DNA of 64,000 nt from a candidate division FCPU426 bacterium (GCA_963796105.1 CAWCKJ010000002.1:320001-384000), one strand, 5' to 3'; counted from the first letter of the stretch, positions 51,527-62,012 are shown. The notes: generated by a model not told the origin, from the letters alone. Numbers and translations are program-made.

Positions 51527-52192
51527 ATGAAAAAGATATTTATCCTAATAGTTTTGCTTTCATGTGCCGGACCCCTTATGGCCTATGACACGGCAACGGA
51601 AAAGCCCCATTGGTTTTTCCAGGTACAAGGCGGGGAATATAGTTTATTGAGCAGTAACATCAACGCCATGTCGCAAAACCCCGTTACTTTCAACAGCCCC
51701 GGCTGGGGTTTCAACTGTTCCTTGGGTTATGCCTTTTCGAATGATTTCTCGCTTTCAGCATTGATTGGTTACCAAGTCGCAACAGTTTCTAATTCCTCAG
51801 CCCCCGCCACTTATGGCATCAGTATGGCCTATATTCCCATTCAATTGGCCGCCCAAGCCAATTTACTTGGGACGGGACCCGAGATTTATGGGTTATTGGG
51901 TGTGGGATTGGCGCTTAATAATTACAACGGATCAATCCCGAATTCGCCTGTGGATGGGGTTACTTCCTACAACGGGATATCCGAGACTGATCTTCTCTTG
52001 AGCCCGGGCTTGGGATTTTCCCTTAACCTCGGGGATAACGTGGATTTATTCCTTCAAGCCAAATTGGATTTCGATTTCTTCTCCCAAAAATTCGCGTCTT
52101 GGTTTAGTAACTTAGGCGGTTCCACTAAAAATTTCGACACTCCCCAGATTTACCTGCCCATCCAATTAGGCCTGAATTTTTCCCTGAAATAG
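51527..52192 (+). CDS. Outer-membrane beta-barrel protein (OmpA/OmpW-like, small)
   Basis: Signal peptide, SLGYAFSNDFSL, YGLLGVGL, terminal LGLNFSLK. Confidence 0.75.
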   Translation: MKKIFILIVLLSCAGPLMAYDTATEKPHWFFQVQGGEYSLLSSNINAMSQNPVTFNSPGWGFNCSLGYAFSNDFSLSALIGYQVATVSNSSAPATYGISMAYIPIQLAAQANLLGTGPEIYGLLGVGLALNNYNGSIPNSPVDGVTSYNGISETDLLLSPGLGFSLNLGDNVDLFLQAKLDFDFFSQKFASWFSNLGGSTKNFDTPQIYLPIQLGLNFSLK

Positions 52193-52239
52193 ATTGGATT
52201 ATTTTTAGTATTTATAAATAAATTTCAGGGATTAAAAAT

Positions 52240-52995
52240 ATGCACCCAACAAATATAATGACGGTTTATGACCGGGAAAAACTTGGCACCGGTTTGAAAA
52301 CATTGGAAGTTCTATGGTCCAGGGGCGTCACGCCTAGCCAGATCAAACCCCATTGGCTTTTTTCCTGGTACACCCTTCTCAATTGCAATTTCAGGCAAAT
52401 GGCAAAAGTGACCGGGTTTTCCCCGTACACCTTGATGTATTACCACAATAAGAAATTAGGTTTGTATAAATTATTGCCGTTGAGAAAACTCTGGCTGGGT
52501 ATTGTTAATAACGAAATTTACAAACATTTGAAACACTCGAAAATTACAATCGGGAATAAATTCAGTTTCAAACTCGATTTAAACGAGCACAAGGTTTTCA
52601 TCAACGCCCTCCAGAAATACTGGATAAAAAATTTTTTTATCGAGCGGCATCACGGCTTATTTCATGAGTTTTGGAAAAAAACCAATTTCGAACCCCGTTT
52701 AAACCAAAGGGAGAATAAGGATCTAATCGGCCTTTGGCGGACGGGTTTTCCGAATAAGATGTTAGCGCCAAGTTTCATTCTTTGGGCTTTGCGGAACAAT
52801 AAAGATAGCGCTTATATTCTCGATAAAATCGGATACAAATATAAAAATTACCTGCATCATCATTTCCGGAAATGGCGGCTTAAGCAATCCATGACCCATT
52901 ATTGGCTTGGTCCCTTGGTACCGAAACCGGAGGATTGGCGTTTAAAAGGGAAAAAAGGACAGGGAAAAAGAAACAAGTTAGGCCGGTTTTGTTAA
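52240..52995 (+). CDS. Hypothetical basic protein, AT-rich
   Basis: 251-aa ORF with no recognised motif. Confidence 0.5.
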   Translation: MHPTNIMTVYDREKLGTGLKTLEVLWSRGVTPSQIKPHWLFSWYTLLNCNFRQMAKVTGFSPYTLMYYHNKKLGLYKLLPLRKLWLGIVNNEIYKHLKHSKITIGNKFSFKLDLNEHKVFINALQKYWIKNFFIERHHGLFHEFWKKTNFEPRLNQRENKDLIGLWRTGFPNKMLAPSFILWALRNNKDSAYILDKIGYKYKNYLHHHFRKWRLKQSMTHYWLGPLVPKPEDWRLKGKKGQGKRNKLGRFC

Positions 52996-53216
52996 TTGGT
53001 TGAATAAATTATTATGAATTTATTTATCATTTGGTTTTATATTTTGTTACAGCCATTTTGCGGCTAATAGGCAGTAGAGGTTGCCGCTAAGGGGGCCTAC
53101 CGAGATTTGGGCTTTTATATATATAAACGTCTAAGATGCTTTAAAATCCCTTGATTCGTCTTAAGTTTAAGAGCAGAATTAAGAATACAAGTTCTCACTT
53201 TTTCAAGGAGTTAAAC

Positions 53217-53651
53217 ATGAAGGGTTCAAAGGTCGTTTTGGCTATTTCCTTGGGGGCTGTATTCGCCCTTTCTTATGGTTGCGGCACCAACAAGCGCATT
53301 GAAAGCACCGAAGTGCCTAAAACCCAGGCTACAACAGAGAAGCCGGTTGAGGCGGCGGCAGTGCCAACGCCGGTACCCTCGGGCAGTTACATGGTATCTC
53401 CCCATGACACCCTTTGGGACATCGCTGGCAAGTCCGGAGTTTACAGCGACAACTTCCAATGGCCTTTAATCTTCAAGGCAAACCGCGACACGATCAAGGA
53501 CCCGGATTTGATTTACCCCAAGCAGGATTTCACGATTCGTAAAGGGGCAACAGCCGAGGAAGTGGCCCACGCAAGGCAATTGGCCATGAAAACCCCGAAG
53601 TATGTGCCTCACAGCAAGCCGCGTGAGACCCTGCCGTTGGATTATTTCTGA
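53217..53651 (+). CDS. LysM-domain lipoprotein
   Basis: Lipobox SYGC; YMVSPHDTLWDIA...WPLIFKANRDTIKDPDLIYPKQ. Confidence 0.9.
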   Translation: MKGSKVVLAISLGAVFALSYGCGTNKRIESTEVPKTQATTEKPVEAAAVPTPVPSGSYMVSPHDTLWDIAGKSGVYSDNFQWPLIFKANRDTIKDPDLIYPKQDFTIRKGATAEEVAHARQLAMKTPKYVPHSKPRETLPLDYF

Positions 53652-53665
53652 CCTTAGGATTTCCT

Positions 53666-53700
53666 AAAGCCCGTTTCCTTCCCGGAAACGGGCTTTTTTT
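53666..53700 (+). terminator. Rho-independent terminator
   Basis: AAAGCCCGTTTCC-TTCCC-GGAAACGGGCTTTTTTT. Confidence 0.85.
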
Positions 53701-53740
53701 GTTTTAGGACTCCTTAAAAGGGTATAAGTGGGTATGATTT

Positions 53741-56700
53741 ATGTCGAATCAGAAGGCGATTATTTATAGGGACGAACGCATGATATCTAAAATCCTCCAT
53801 TCCTGTTTTTACCGCATGACGGCCGTGGCCATGGCCGCGATCCCGCTTTTGTTATCGCTTGCGGTTCCGGCCCAAGCTTCCATGGATTCCCACCTGAAAA
53901 AGGAATGGGCTTCCTTGTCTATTCAAGGGTCCTTGCCTTCCTCTCAACGGATCAGGTTGGCGCTGGGGCTTCCGCTGAGAAACAACACCGTCCTTCAACA
54001 GTTATTGAAAGACCTTTACGATCCCCGGAGCCCCGAATACCGCCATTTCCTATCCCCTCATGAATTCGCGGAAAGGTTCGGACCGTTCGATAAGGATTAC
54101 CAGGCCGTCCAAGACTTCGCCCAGTCCAACAATTTGCGCGTGGTGAAGACTTACCCTTCACGGATGATCGTGGACGTTGAAGGCACCGCGGGGGACATCG
54201 GAAAGGCGTTTGGCGTCAACCTTGTCACCCATTCACGGCCTGATGGGACCCTTTTCTACGCGCCGGACCGGGAGCCGAGGGTTGCTGATGGAATCCCGAT
54301 CCTTCACGCCTCGGGCCTGGACAGCTTCGACCGTCCCCGGCACAACCTCGTCATTTACCCAAAGGACACAGCCATGAAAAGGTCCGCCGGGGCGGTGAAG
54401 AACCTGGGCACGGGACCCTTGGGCAATTACCAGGGTTTTGATTTCCGCAATGCCTATTGTCCTGATGTGCCTGCCACCCTTAACGGGGCGGGGCAGACAG
54501 TCGGGCTGTTCGAGATCAACGGCTTCACCCTTTCCGATATCCTTCAATACGAAAGCACCTCCGTTCCCCCCCTCACGGCGCCAGCCCCCATCACCCACCT
54601 CCTGCACGGGTTCAACGGGGTCCCCACCGATACGGGCGACGAGAACGAGGTGACGCTGGATATCGACATGGTCATTTCCATGGCGCCTGGGGCCCAGGTC
54701 CTGGTTTACGAGGCGCCCGACACGAATGGGACTTTCGACGCCTACTCCAACGACATCCTGACCGCGATGGCCGCCCCTCCGCTTTGCCCCGAGATTAGTT
54801 GTTCCTGGGCCGGGTTCGGGGATACCACCACCGTGAACCTGCTGGCGGAATTCGCGGCCCAGGGGCAGGCTTTTTTCCTGGCATCCGGGGATTACGGCGC
54901 GTTCGGGACGGGGGATGTGCTTCCTTCCATGATATCGCCCGGTTCCCTGAGCCCCTATATCACGCTGGTGGGCGGAACCCAGTTGTGGACGGCCTCCGTG
55001 ACGGGGACCCCTCCCTCGGTTTCCTACGATACGGAATCGTCCTGGAATTCGGCTTTCGGCTCGAGCACCGGTGGAATTTGCCAGCAACAGCTCGCGATCC
55101 CCAGTTACCAGATGGCAATTCCCACTGGCTCTAACGGCAGTTCCGCCATGTGGCGGAATATCCCGGACGTTTCCATGGTCGCGGACAACATCTTTATCTA
55201 TAACGCCGGACAGCCCTCCTTCACGGGCGGGACGAGCGCCGCGGCCCCCTTATGGGCCGGGTTCATGGCCCTCGTCAACCAGCAGGCCCTGGCGGCCTCA
55301 GGCGTGAGCGTGGGTTTCGCCAACCCCTCCCTTTACTCCGCGGCCCTGGGTCCGAATTACCACTCCGACTTCCACGACATCGCGGACGGGAGCAACAACT
55401 GCTGGGACGGCCGGGACCCGGTGTTTTATAAGGCCGGGACGGGCTACGACCTCGCCACGGGCTGGGGAAGCCCAACCGGGCAGAACCTGATCAACGACCT
55501 GGCGGACCTCAAGGCCGCCCTTCCCACGCCGGTGGCCCCCACCCCCACCGCGACGCCGTACACGGCGCCTCTTTGCGCCCCCGTGGTTTCCTGGAGCCAA
55601 AATTCGCCCCTGGACGCGGCGCTGGATGGGTCGGGGAACTTATACGTCACCGACGCCAACGACAACCTGGTTTATGTTTACAACTTCCAGGGACAGGCCG
55701 TCACCCATTGGGGGGGCTCGGGAAAAGGCCATGGAACATTCAACACGCCCACCGGAATCGCGGTGGATGGAAACGGGAAAGTTTACGTCGCGGACTCGGG
55801 CAACAACCTCCTGCAGGTCTTGAGCACGAACGGCGTTTTCATCACCCAATGGTCAAGTTACGGGGGCGAGAGCTTCAACTTTCCCCAGGGAGTGGCGGTG
55901 AACTCGGCGGGGACCAGCGTTTACGTCACGGATTGCTACAACGGCCGGGTCGCGGTATTCGATCCCTCGGGGAACCCCTTGACCGGCTGGGGGACACCGG
56001 GCTACGGGGGAGGAACGAACTTTGAGGAACCCATGGGCGTTGCTTTGGACACGTCCCAGAACGTTTATGTCGCGGATTTTTACACGGGATTGATCCAGGA
56101 GTTCACCCCGGGCGGCTCTCCCATCACCCAATGGGACGCCACGGAGGGAACGTGCCTTTGGGCACCCAATTACCTGGAACTGGATTCCGCCGGTAATCTA
56201 TACGTATCCGACGCTTATGGCGACATCGGGGTGCTCAACACGCAGACGGGTTCCTGGTACTCCACCAAAATGCTCGATTCCACCGACACGGAGGGCATCG
56301 CGATTGGCCCCGGATACTGGTACATGTGCGTGCCGAGCGACAGTGAGTTGCTGAAATTCTGCCCCTGCCCGGGAAACCCCTGCCCCAGCTATACCCCTAC
56401 CCCCACGATTACCCCAACGCCTACCATTACCTACACCCCCACTCGGACGCCAACGCTCACCCAGACGCCCACTTACACCCTCACGCCCACGGCGACCATG
56501 ACGCCCACTCCGACCCCGACCATTACCCCCACCGCCACGATCAGTCCCACCCCGACACCTTCCCCGACCGGAACGATCACTCCGGTTGCCACCAACACAA
56601 TGACGGTTTCGATGACGCCTACTTTCACCCCTTCCGCAACCATAACGGTAACCCCCACGAGCCTCCCGGGCGTATGGATTGGATTACCCTATCCCAATCC

Positions 56701-56953
56701 AGTAAGGTCCGGCTCCGGGGTTTCCTTCCGTGTCCAGGTTTCCGGGCTTTCCACAGTGCGGTGGGAGGTGTTTACCACTTTGTACCGGAAGATCCGTGAT
56801 GAGACTGGATATGTATCGGGTAACAACCAATTTTCATGGGACTTGAGGGACAAGGAAGGGAATGAGGCGGCCAACGGCCTCTATTTCCTCCGCGTCCAAA
56901 TAAATGGTCTTGTTTCAACGTCTAAGATTTTCAAGGTGCTCCTTCTTAGGTAG
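53741..56953 (+). CDS. S53 (sedolisin/kumamolisin) protease with prodomain, NHL repeats, Thr/Pro stalk and T9SS-CTD-like C-terminus
   Basis: EVTLD, ASGDYG, GGTSAAAPLWAG, GYDLATGWGSP; NHL repeats FNTPTGIAVD; PYPNP...WDLRDKEG..AANGLYF. Confidence 0.92.
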   Translation: MSNQKAIIYRDERMISKILHSCFYRMTAVAMAAIPLLLSLAVPAQASMDSHLKKEWASLSIQGSLPSSQRIRLALGLPLRNNTVLQQLLKDLYDPRSPEYRHFLSPHEFAERFGPFDKDYQAVQDFAQSNNLRVVKTYPSRMIVDVEGTAGDIGKAFGVNLVTHSRPDGTLFYAPDREPRVADGIPILHASGLDSFDRPRHNLVIYPKDTAMKRSAGAVKNLGTGPLGNYQGFDFRNAYCPDVPATLNGAGQTVGLFEINGFTLSDILQYESTSVPPLTAPAPITHLLHGFNGVPTDTGDENEVTLDIDMVISMAPGAQVLVYEAPDTNGTFDAYSNDILTAMAAPPLCPEISCSWAGFGDTTTVNLLAEFAAQGQAFFLASGDYGAFGTGDVLPSMISPGSLSPYITLVGGTQLWTASVTGTPPSVSYDTESSWNSAFGSSTGGICQQQLAIPSYQMAIPTGSNGSSAMWRNIPDVSMVADNIFIYNAGQPSFTGGTSAAAPLWAGFMALVNQQALAASGVSVGFANPSLYSAALGPNYHSDFHDIADGSNNCWDGRDPVFYKAGTGYDLATGWGSPTGQNLINDLADLKAALPTPVAPTPTATPYTAPLCAPVVSWSQNSPLDAALDGSGNLYVTDANDNLVYVYNFQGQAVTHWGGSGKGHGTFNTPTGIAVDGNGKVYVADSGNNLLQVLSTNGVFITQWSSYGGESFNFPQGVAVNSAGTSVYVTDCYNGRVAVFDPSGNPLTGWGTPGYGGGTNFEEPMGVALDTSQNVYVADFYTGLIQEFTPGGSPITQWDATEGTCLWAPNYLELDSAGNLYVSDAYGDIGVLNTQTGSWYSTKMLDSTDTEGIAIGPGYWYMCVPSDSELLKFCPCPGNPCPSYTPTPTITPTPTITYTPTRTPTLTQTPTYTLTPTATMTPTPTPTITPTATISPTPTPSPTGTITPVATNTMTVSMTPTFTPSATITVTPTSLPGVWIGLPYPNPVRSGSGVSFRVQVSGLSTVRWEVFTTLYRKIRDETGYVSGNNQFSWDLRDKEGNEAANGLYFLRVQINGLVSTSKIFKVLLLR

Positions 56954-56998
56954 TCATTTCAAAGCCGTGAATCGAAACAACTCCTGAAAACTTCTATC

Positions 56999-57139
56999 GG
57001 GCACCTCTAAATATTCATTCAGACCCTCGCCCCTTGCGGGAGAGGGTAGGGTGAGGGGTAATAAATCAAAGCTTTTTCACCCTCATCCCAGCCTTCTCCC
57101 CTCAAGGGAGAAGGTGAACAGCAATTTTTAGAGGTGCCC
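56999..57139. mobile_element. MITE-like element with 13-bp TIRs and internal REP-like palindromes
   Basis: GGGCACCTCTAAA ... TTTAGAGGTGCCC; internal CCCTC/GAGGG and CCTTCTCCC/GGGAGAAGG hairpins. Confidence 0.7.
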
Positions 57140-57182
57140 TATATAATGCCACTGTTCATTTCCCTTCAATCAAGGAGCCCTT

Positions 57183-58199
57183 ATGGCGAAAAAGCCCGTT
57201 ATCCTTATTACTGGCGGTGCCGGTTATATCGGCAGTCACGCCATGCTGGCGGCCCCCTCGCGCGGATTCACACCCTTCGCCTATGACAATCTTTCAGAGG
57301 GGCACAGCTGGGCGGTTCAGAAGGGACAATTAATCAAGGGGGAACTGGCAGATACGGCCCTCCTCAGGCGGACATTCAAGAAATTAAAACCGGCCGCCGT
57401 GATGCACTTCGCCTCCCATTGTTACGTGGGGGAATCGGTCACGGACCCTGCCAAGTATTACCGGGATAACCTGACCAACGCCATGAACCTTTGGGGCGTC
57501 ATGAGGGAATACAAGGTCAACTATTTCATCCTCTCCTCGACCTGCGCCACCTACGGCGACCCGGTGAAAGTGCCCATGGCCGAGGACCACCCGCAGAACC
57601 CCGTGAACCCCTACGGCGATTCCAAGCTGATGCTGGAAAAGATTTTGGCCTGGTACGACAGGGCTTATGGGCTCAAATCGACATTCCTTCGTTATTTCAA
57701 CGCGGCGGGAGCTGACGCCCTGGGCCGGGTGGGGGAAGTCCACGATCCCGAAAGCCATTTAATCCCCCTGGTGCTGGACGCGGCGATGGGACGGCGGCCC
57801 AAGATCACGGTCTTCGGCGAGGACTATCCCACTCCCGACGGCACCTGCGTGCGGGACTACATCCACGTCACGGATCTGGCCGAGGCCCATTTCCTCGCCT
57901 TGAAAAGAATGATGGAACTCAACCAGAGCGATTTCTTCAACCTGGGAACAGGCAAGGGCTATTCGGTGATGGAAGTCATCAGGGAAGCCGAAAAGGCGAC
58001 AGGACTGAAGGTGCTAGTCGAGAAGGGGACCCGCAGGGCGGGCGACCCTCCCCAATTGGTGGCGGACAACCGGAAAGCCGCGGAAGTCCTTCATTGGACG
58101 CCGGGCCATTCGGACCTGCCGAACATCCTCAAGACCGCCTGGACCTGGCACCAAAAGTGGTTTGGGAAAAAGGACCAAGCCCGTAGGAAAGGGAAATAA
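57183..58199 (+). CDS. galE: UDP-glucose 4-epimerase family
   Basis: TGGAGYIGSH, SSTCATYG, YGDSK, LRYFNAAG, DGTCVRDYIHV. Confidence 0.92.
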   Translation: MAKKPVILITGGAGYIGSHAMLAAPSRGFTPFAYDNLSEGHSWAVQKGQLIKGELADTALLRRTFKKLKPAAVMHFASHCYVGESVTDPAKYYRDNLTNAMNLWGVMREYKVNYFILSSTCATYGDPVKVPMAEDHPQNPVNPYGDSKLMLEKILAWYDRAYGLKSTFLRYFNAAGADALGRVGEVHDPESHLIPLVLDAAMGRRPKITVFGEDYPTPDGTCVRDYIHVTDLAEAHFLALKRMMELNQSDFFNLGTGKGYSVMEVIREAEKATGLKVLVEKGTRRAGDPPQLVADNRKAAEVLHWTPGHSDLPNILKTAWTWHQKWFGKKDQARRKGK

Positions 58200-58202
58200 A
58201 CC

Positions 58203-59252
58203 TTGGCCCCATCGTCTTTTGAGGGAAAGTGGGAACAGCGCTGGCACCCCTTACGGCGGGAATGGATTGTTTATTCCGCCCATCGCAACTCCCGTCCCTG
58301 GGACGGCAAAAGGGAATCGGCCGCCGAGCCTTCGCCTTCCTACGATCCCAAGTGCTACCTTTGCCCCGGCAACAGCCGCATCCACGGCCATTCCAATCCC
58401 CAATACAAGGATGTTTTCATTTTCGATAATGACCATCCAGTGGTGGGTCCTGATTCACCCGAGGTGTCTGGGGAGAGAATTCCGGAGCCTTACCGCCGAG
58501 CCAGGGCTGACGGATTGGCCCGGGTTATTTGCTACGATCCCCGCCATAACGTGACCCTCACCGACATCCCGCCCGCCAAGGCCGTGAAGGTTTTCCAGGC
58601 CTGGCGGAGCCAGACCCAGGAACTATCCCAGAACCCCCTGATCCATTCCCTGCTTTTTTTCGAGAACAAGGGGAGCATCGTGGGGACTTCCAATCCCCAT
58701 CCTCATTGCCAGCTTTACGCCACCACTTTTCCCTTCAAACACGTCGAGCAGGAAATGGAGTCAGCGGCGCAATACCGGAAGGAAAAGGGCCGGGATTTGT
58801 TTGAGACGATCCTGGAAGCCGAAAAGTCAGATGGAAGCCGCCTCGTGGCAGAGAATGCCGCGGCCCTGGCCTTCATCCCGTTTTTCGCCCGTTGGCCCTA
58901 TGAGGTTTGGATCTTCCCGAAAAAACGCCACGCGACCCTGGACACGCTTACCGATCCCGAACTGGAGGGCCTTTGTTCCATATTTCAGCAAGTGACCCGC
59001 AGGTACGACCTGCTTTACGGCATGGTATTTCCCTACGTGATGAGCCTTTACCAGGCGCCCTTGAAAGGGGGCCCTTATCCCGGTTATCACCTGCATTTCG
59101 TCCTTCTTCCCCCCTTGAGACAGCCGGGCATCCAGAAATTCCCAGCTGGCCCCGAGATCGGAGGAGGGAACTTCATGGTGGATTCCATGCCGGAGGAGAA
59201 AGCCGCCGAACTGAGGGCATTGGATCTGTCCCTTTTTAAGGAAATATCTTAA
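58203..59252 (+). CDS. galT: Galactose-1-phosphate uridylyltransferase family
   Basis: HRNSRPW, CYLCPGNSR, FENKG..VGTSNPHPHCQ (HPH). Confidence 0.93.
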   Translation: MAPSSFEGKWEQRWHPLRREWIVYSAHRNSRPWDGKRESAAEPSPSYDPKCYLCPGNSRIHGHSNPQYKDVFIFDNDHPVVGPDSPEVSGERIPEPYRRARADGLARVICYDPRHNVTLTDIPPAKAVKVFQAWRSQTQELSQNPLIHSLLFFENKGSIVGTSNPHPHCQLYATTFPFKHVEQEMESAAQYRKEKGRDLFETILEAEKSDGSRLVAENAAALAFIPFFARWPYEVWIFPKKRHATLDTLTDPELEGLCSIFQQVTRRYDLLYGMVFPYVMSLYQAPLKGGPYPGYHLHFVLLPPLRQPGIQKFPAGPEIGGGNFMVDSMPEEKAAELRALDLSLFKEIS

Positions 59253-59275
59253 ATCACACCGTCCAGAATAGATTC

Positions 59276-59562
59276 TAGCCACAGATGCATGGGATACATG
59301 GGATTAAAAGCGCATTTCGATCATGTTCCGTGGTCCAGCTGACGGCCGTTGAAAAAATTAATTTTTCTACGGTCCGCAAGCTTGACCATAACGCCCATCG
59401 AGCGCAAGGGCATTGCTCTTGTCATGATCGGAGACCTTGTTGAATTGTTCGTTGTAAATTTTCAATTTTGTTTATTTGTTATCATCCCCTGCATCCCCTG
59501 TATCCGTGCCGATCATCTATAAAGACATATTGAGATCGGTACTGTGCCAGTCTCCTTTAACT
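59276..59562 (+). repeat. Dispersed structured non-coding element, copy B (core 59319-59429)
   Basis: Inverted homologue of 51192-51468. Confidence 0.75.
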
Positions 59563-59717
59563 GCCTTGTGTTAAGCTGACACGTGGCAAAGGACTTGGTT
59601 TTGTTTAACGCCTTTTAGAATTGAAAATATCTGATTTTGTTTATCGTTGTTACCTGGAATTTATTTTGGCCGGTTATGGGACTATATGTTTTTTTACAAT
59701 CTGCAAAGGAGTTTTAC

Positions 59718-61079
59718 TTGAAGTTTCACACAAGAGCAGAATTTTTCGGAAAGCGCCGTAAGGTGGTTTCCGCGTCGGCGCCAGGGCGCCTGGATGTGAT
59801 GGGAGGTATCGCGGATTACTCCGGTTCCCTCGTGCTGGAAATGCCCATCCGGGAAAGGACGGTCGTTTGGGCCGCAAACCGGGAAGACTCGAAATGGCGG
59901 GTTTTCAGCCGGGAGGCGGCCGAGGCTGGTCTCGCGCCCCTGGTGGAAGCCAGTACAGCCGACCTGGAAGAGCCGGGTAAAGCCCGAAAATTTTTTCATA
60001 AAAACCCCAAGAATTCCTGGGCGGCTTACGCGCTGGGTTGTGTCCCCCTGCTAATAGCTGAAAAGAAATTGAGGGCCTCCGGCGCGGATCTTTTTTTGAC
60101 ATCGGAAGTTCCTTTTTCAAAAGGCCTTTCCTCTTCCGCCTCGGTGGAAGTGGCGGCAATGGCCGCCATGGGAAAACTCTTCAGGCTTTCTTTCGGCAAA
60201 ACAGAGCTCCCGCTCCTTTGCCAAAAAGTGGAAAACCTGGTGGCGGGCGCGCCCTGCGGGCTGATGGACCAGCTGACTTGCTACCTGGGGAAGAAGGACA
60301 TGCTATTGCCTATCCTGTGTCAACCGGACAAGTTACAGGAGCCTGTGGCCATCCCAAAGGGAATCAGTTTCGTGGGATTGGATTCGGGGGTCCGCCATAG
60401 GGTGGGCGGCACCCAATATTCGGAGGTCCGGGCCGCGGCCTTCATGGGCTATAGCCTCATCGCCCTCCAAGCGGGAGCCAAACCCAAAGACCTCCGGAAT
60501 GCGAAAAAAACGGGAAATATTTCTCATCTCCCATATGGGGGCTTTCTGGCTCGCATTACTCCTGATGATTTTCAAGCTCGGTTTCTCAGGACCTTGCCGG
60601 AAATAATGAAGGGGAAAGATTTACTCAAGATCGCCTGCTCCATCGATCTGGTCACAGAAGTCAAGCCAGGGGTGGTTTACAGGGTTCTTGCAGCAACCCG
60701 CCACCCGGTTTTTGAAAACGCCAGGGTGAATAGTTTTAAAAATCTTTTAGTGACCTTGGATCGGACGAAAGAAACAGGGAAGAAACGGGAGATTTTAGGA
60801 AACATGGGGGATCTCATGTTCCAGTCCCACGCCAGTTATGGCGCCTGCGGTTTGGGGGAGCCGGTGACTGACGCCCTGGTGGAAGAAGCCTGGAGTGCCG
60901 GTTCCGAAAAGGGAATTCATGGGGCGAAAATCACAGGCGGCGGGTCAGGCGGGACTGTTTGTTTCCTGGTAGAAGGACGAAAAGGGTTGGACGCGGTCCG
61001 GCGCATCGCGGCCAAAATCCTGAAAACACATAGACCGTTCATGACAACCGGTAGTTCCGACGGCGGGAGATGGTTATAA
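59718..61079 (+). CDS. GHMP sugar kinase (galactokinase / L-arabinokinase-like)
   Basis: APGRLDVMGGIADYSGSLVL, GLSSSASVEVA, GAPCGLMDQ, GAKITGGGSGG; TTG start after AAGGAG. Confidence 0.88.
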   Translation: MKFHTRAEFFGKRRKVVSASAPGRLDVMGGIADYSGSLVLEMPIRERTVVWAANREDSKWRVFSREAAEAGLAPLVEASTADLEEPGKARKFFHKNPKNSWAAYALGCVPLLIAEKKLRASGADLFLTSEVPFSKGLSSSASVEVAAMAAMGKLFRLSFGKTELPLLCQKVENLVAGAPCGLMDQLTCYLGKKDMLLPILCQPDKLQEPVAIPKGISFVGLDSGVRHRVGGTQYSEVRAAAFMGYSLIALQAGAKPKDLRNAKKTGNISHLPYGGFLARITPDDFQARFLRTLPEIMKGKDLLKIACSIDLVTEVKPGVVYRVLAATRHPVFENARVNSFKNLLVTLDRTKETGKKREILGNMGDLMFQSHASYGACGLGEPVTDALVEEAWSAGSEKGIHGAKITGGGSGGTVCFLVEGRKGLDAVRRIAAKILKTHRPFMTTGSSDGGRWL

Positions 61080-61322
61080 AGGCTGAGAACCAAACAGTAG
61101 TTTAAAAAACCGGAAAAGCTTCAGCCATATAGTTGTTAACATAAAGATAATGTCATTTTGTGGCTAAAGGTGGCCCTCAGTGGATAATATGTGGATATAT
61201 GTAATAACAAATAACAAAATATAGGACAATTTTATCCCAAGTAAGACATTTATGTCTCTTAGTCTCATCTGTGGACATTCTTTAAAAATGTGATATTTTA
61301 GAGCCTCTTTAGGGGGTTCTAA

Positions 61323-62012
61323 ATGCAATTGACCGTCAAAGACGTCACGAAGATCCTGAATGTCTCTGAGAAAACCATCTACCGCTGGGTCAAGGGCGGG
61401 CAAATCCCCACTTACCGTGTGGGGGAGCAATACCGCTTCAACCGCCTGGAAATCCTCGAATGGGCCACGGCGCGCCGCATTGATGTCGCCCAGGACATCG
61501 TCCTAAATGACGAGGCCAGGGAGATCAAGCTTCCTACCCTGGTGGAGGCCCTTAAAACCGGCGGCATCTTTTACCGCGTGGGTGGCCATGACCGTTCCAG
61601 CGCCCTCAAGTCCGTTGTCGAGACCCTCCGGCTTCCGGATGGAACCGACCTGAACAACCTTCTTCGCATCTTCATCGCCAGGGAAGAGCTGGCCACGACC
61701 GCTACAGGCGACGGCATCGCGATCCCGCACGTGAGAACCCCGGTCATCCTCCATATAGAGACGCCCCAACTCGCCCTATGTTTTCTTGAGAAGCCGGTGG
61801 ACTTCGCGGCGCTGGACGGAATACCTGTTTACGCCCTCTTCACCCTGATCTGCCCGACGATCAAGTCGCACCTTCACCTGCTATCCCGGCTCGCCTTCGC
61901 CTTGCGCGACCCCGCCTTCAAGGAGGCGGTCATGAAGAGGTCGCTGAAGGAGGAAATCCTGGCCCAAGCCGCCAGGGTTGAGGAGAATTTAACCCCGAAA
62001 GCAAAACCATGA
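61323..62012 (+). CDS. Excisionase-type HTH fused to a PTS EIIA(Ntr)-like domain
   Basis: LTVKDVTKILNVSEKTIYRW; RE.LATTATGDGIAIPH. Confidence 0.9.
   Translation: MQLTVKDVTKILNVSEKTIYRWVKGGQIPTYRVGEQYRFNRLEILEWATARRIDVAQDIVLNDEAREIKLPTLVEALKTGGIFYRVGGHDRSSALKSVVETLRLPDGTDLNNLLRIFIAREELATTATGDGIAIPHVRTPVILHIETPQLALCFLEKPVDFAALDGIPVYALFTLICPTIKSHLHLLSRLAFALRDPAFKEAVMKRSLKEEILAQAARVEENLTPKAKP

Noticed and set aside
59319..59429. Hammerhead ribozyme (CTGACG resembles CUGAnGA)
   Set aside because: The other copy has CCGACG, and the conserved GAAA core is not correctly placed.
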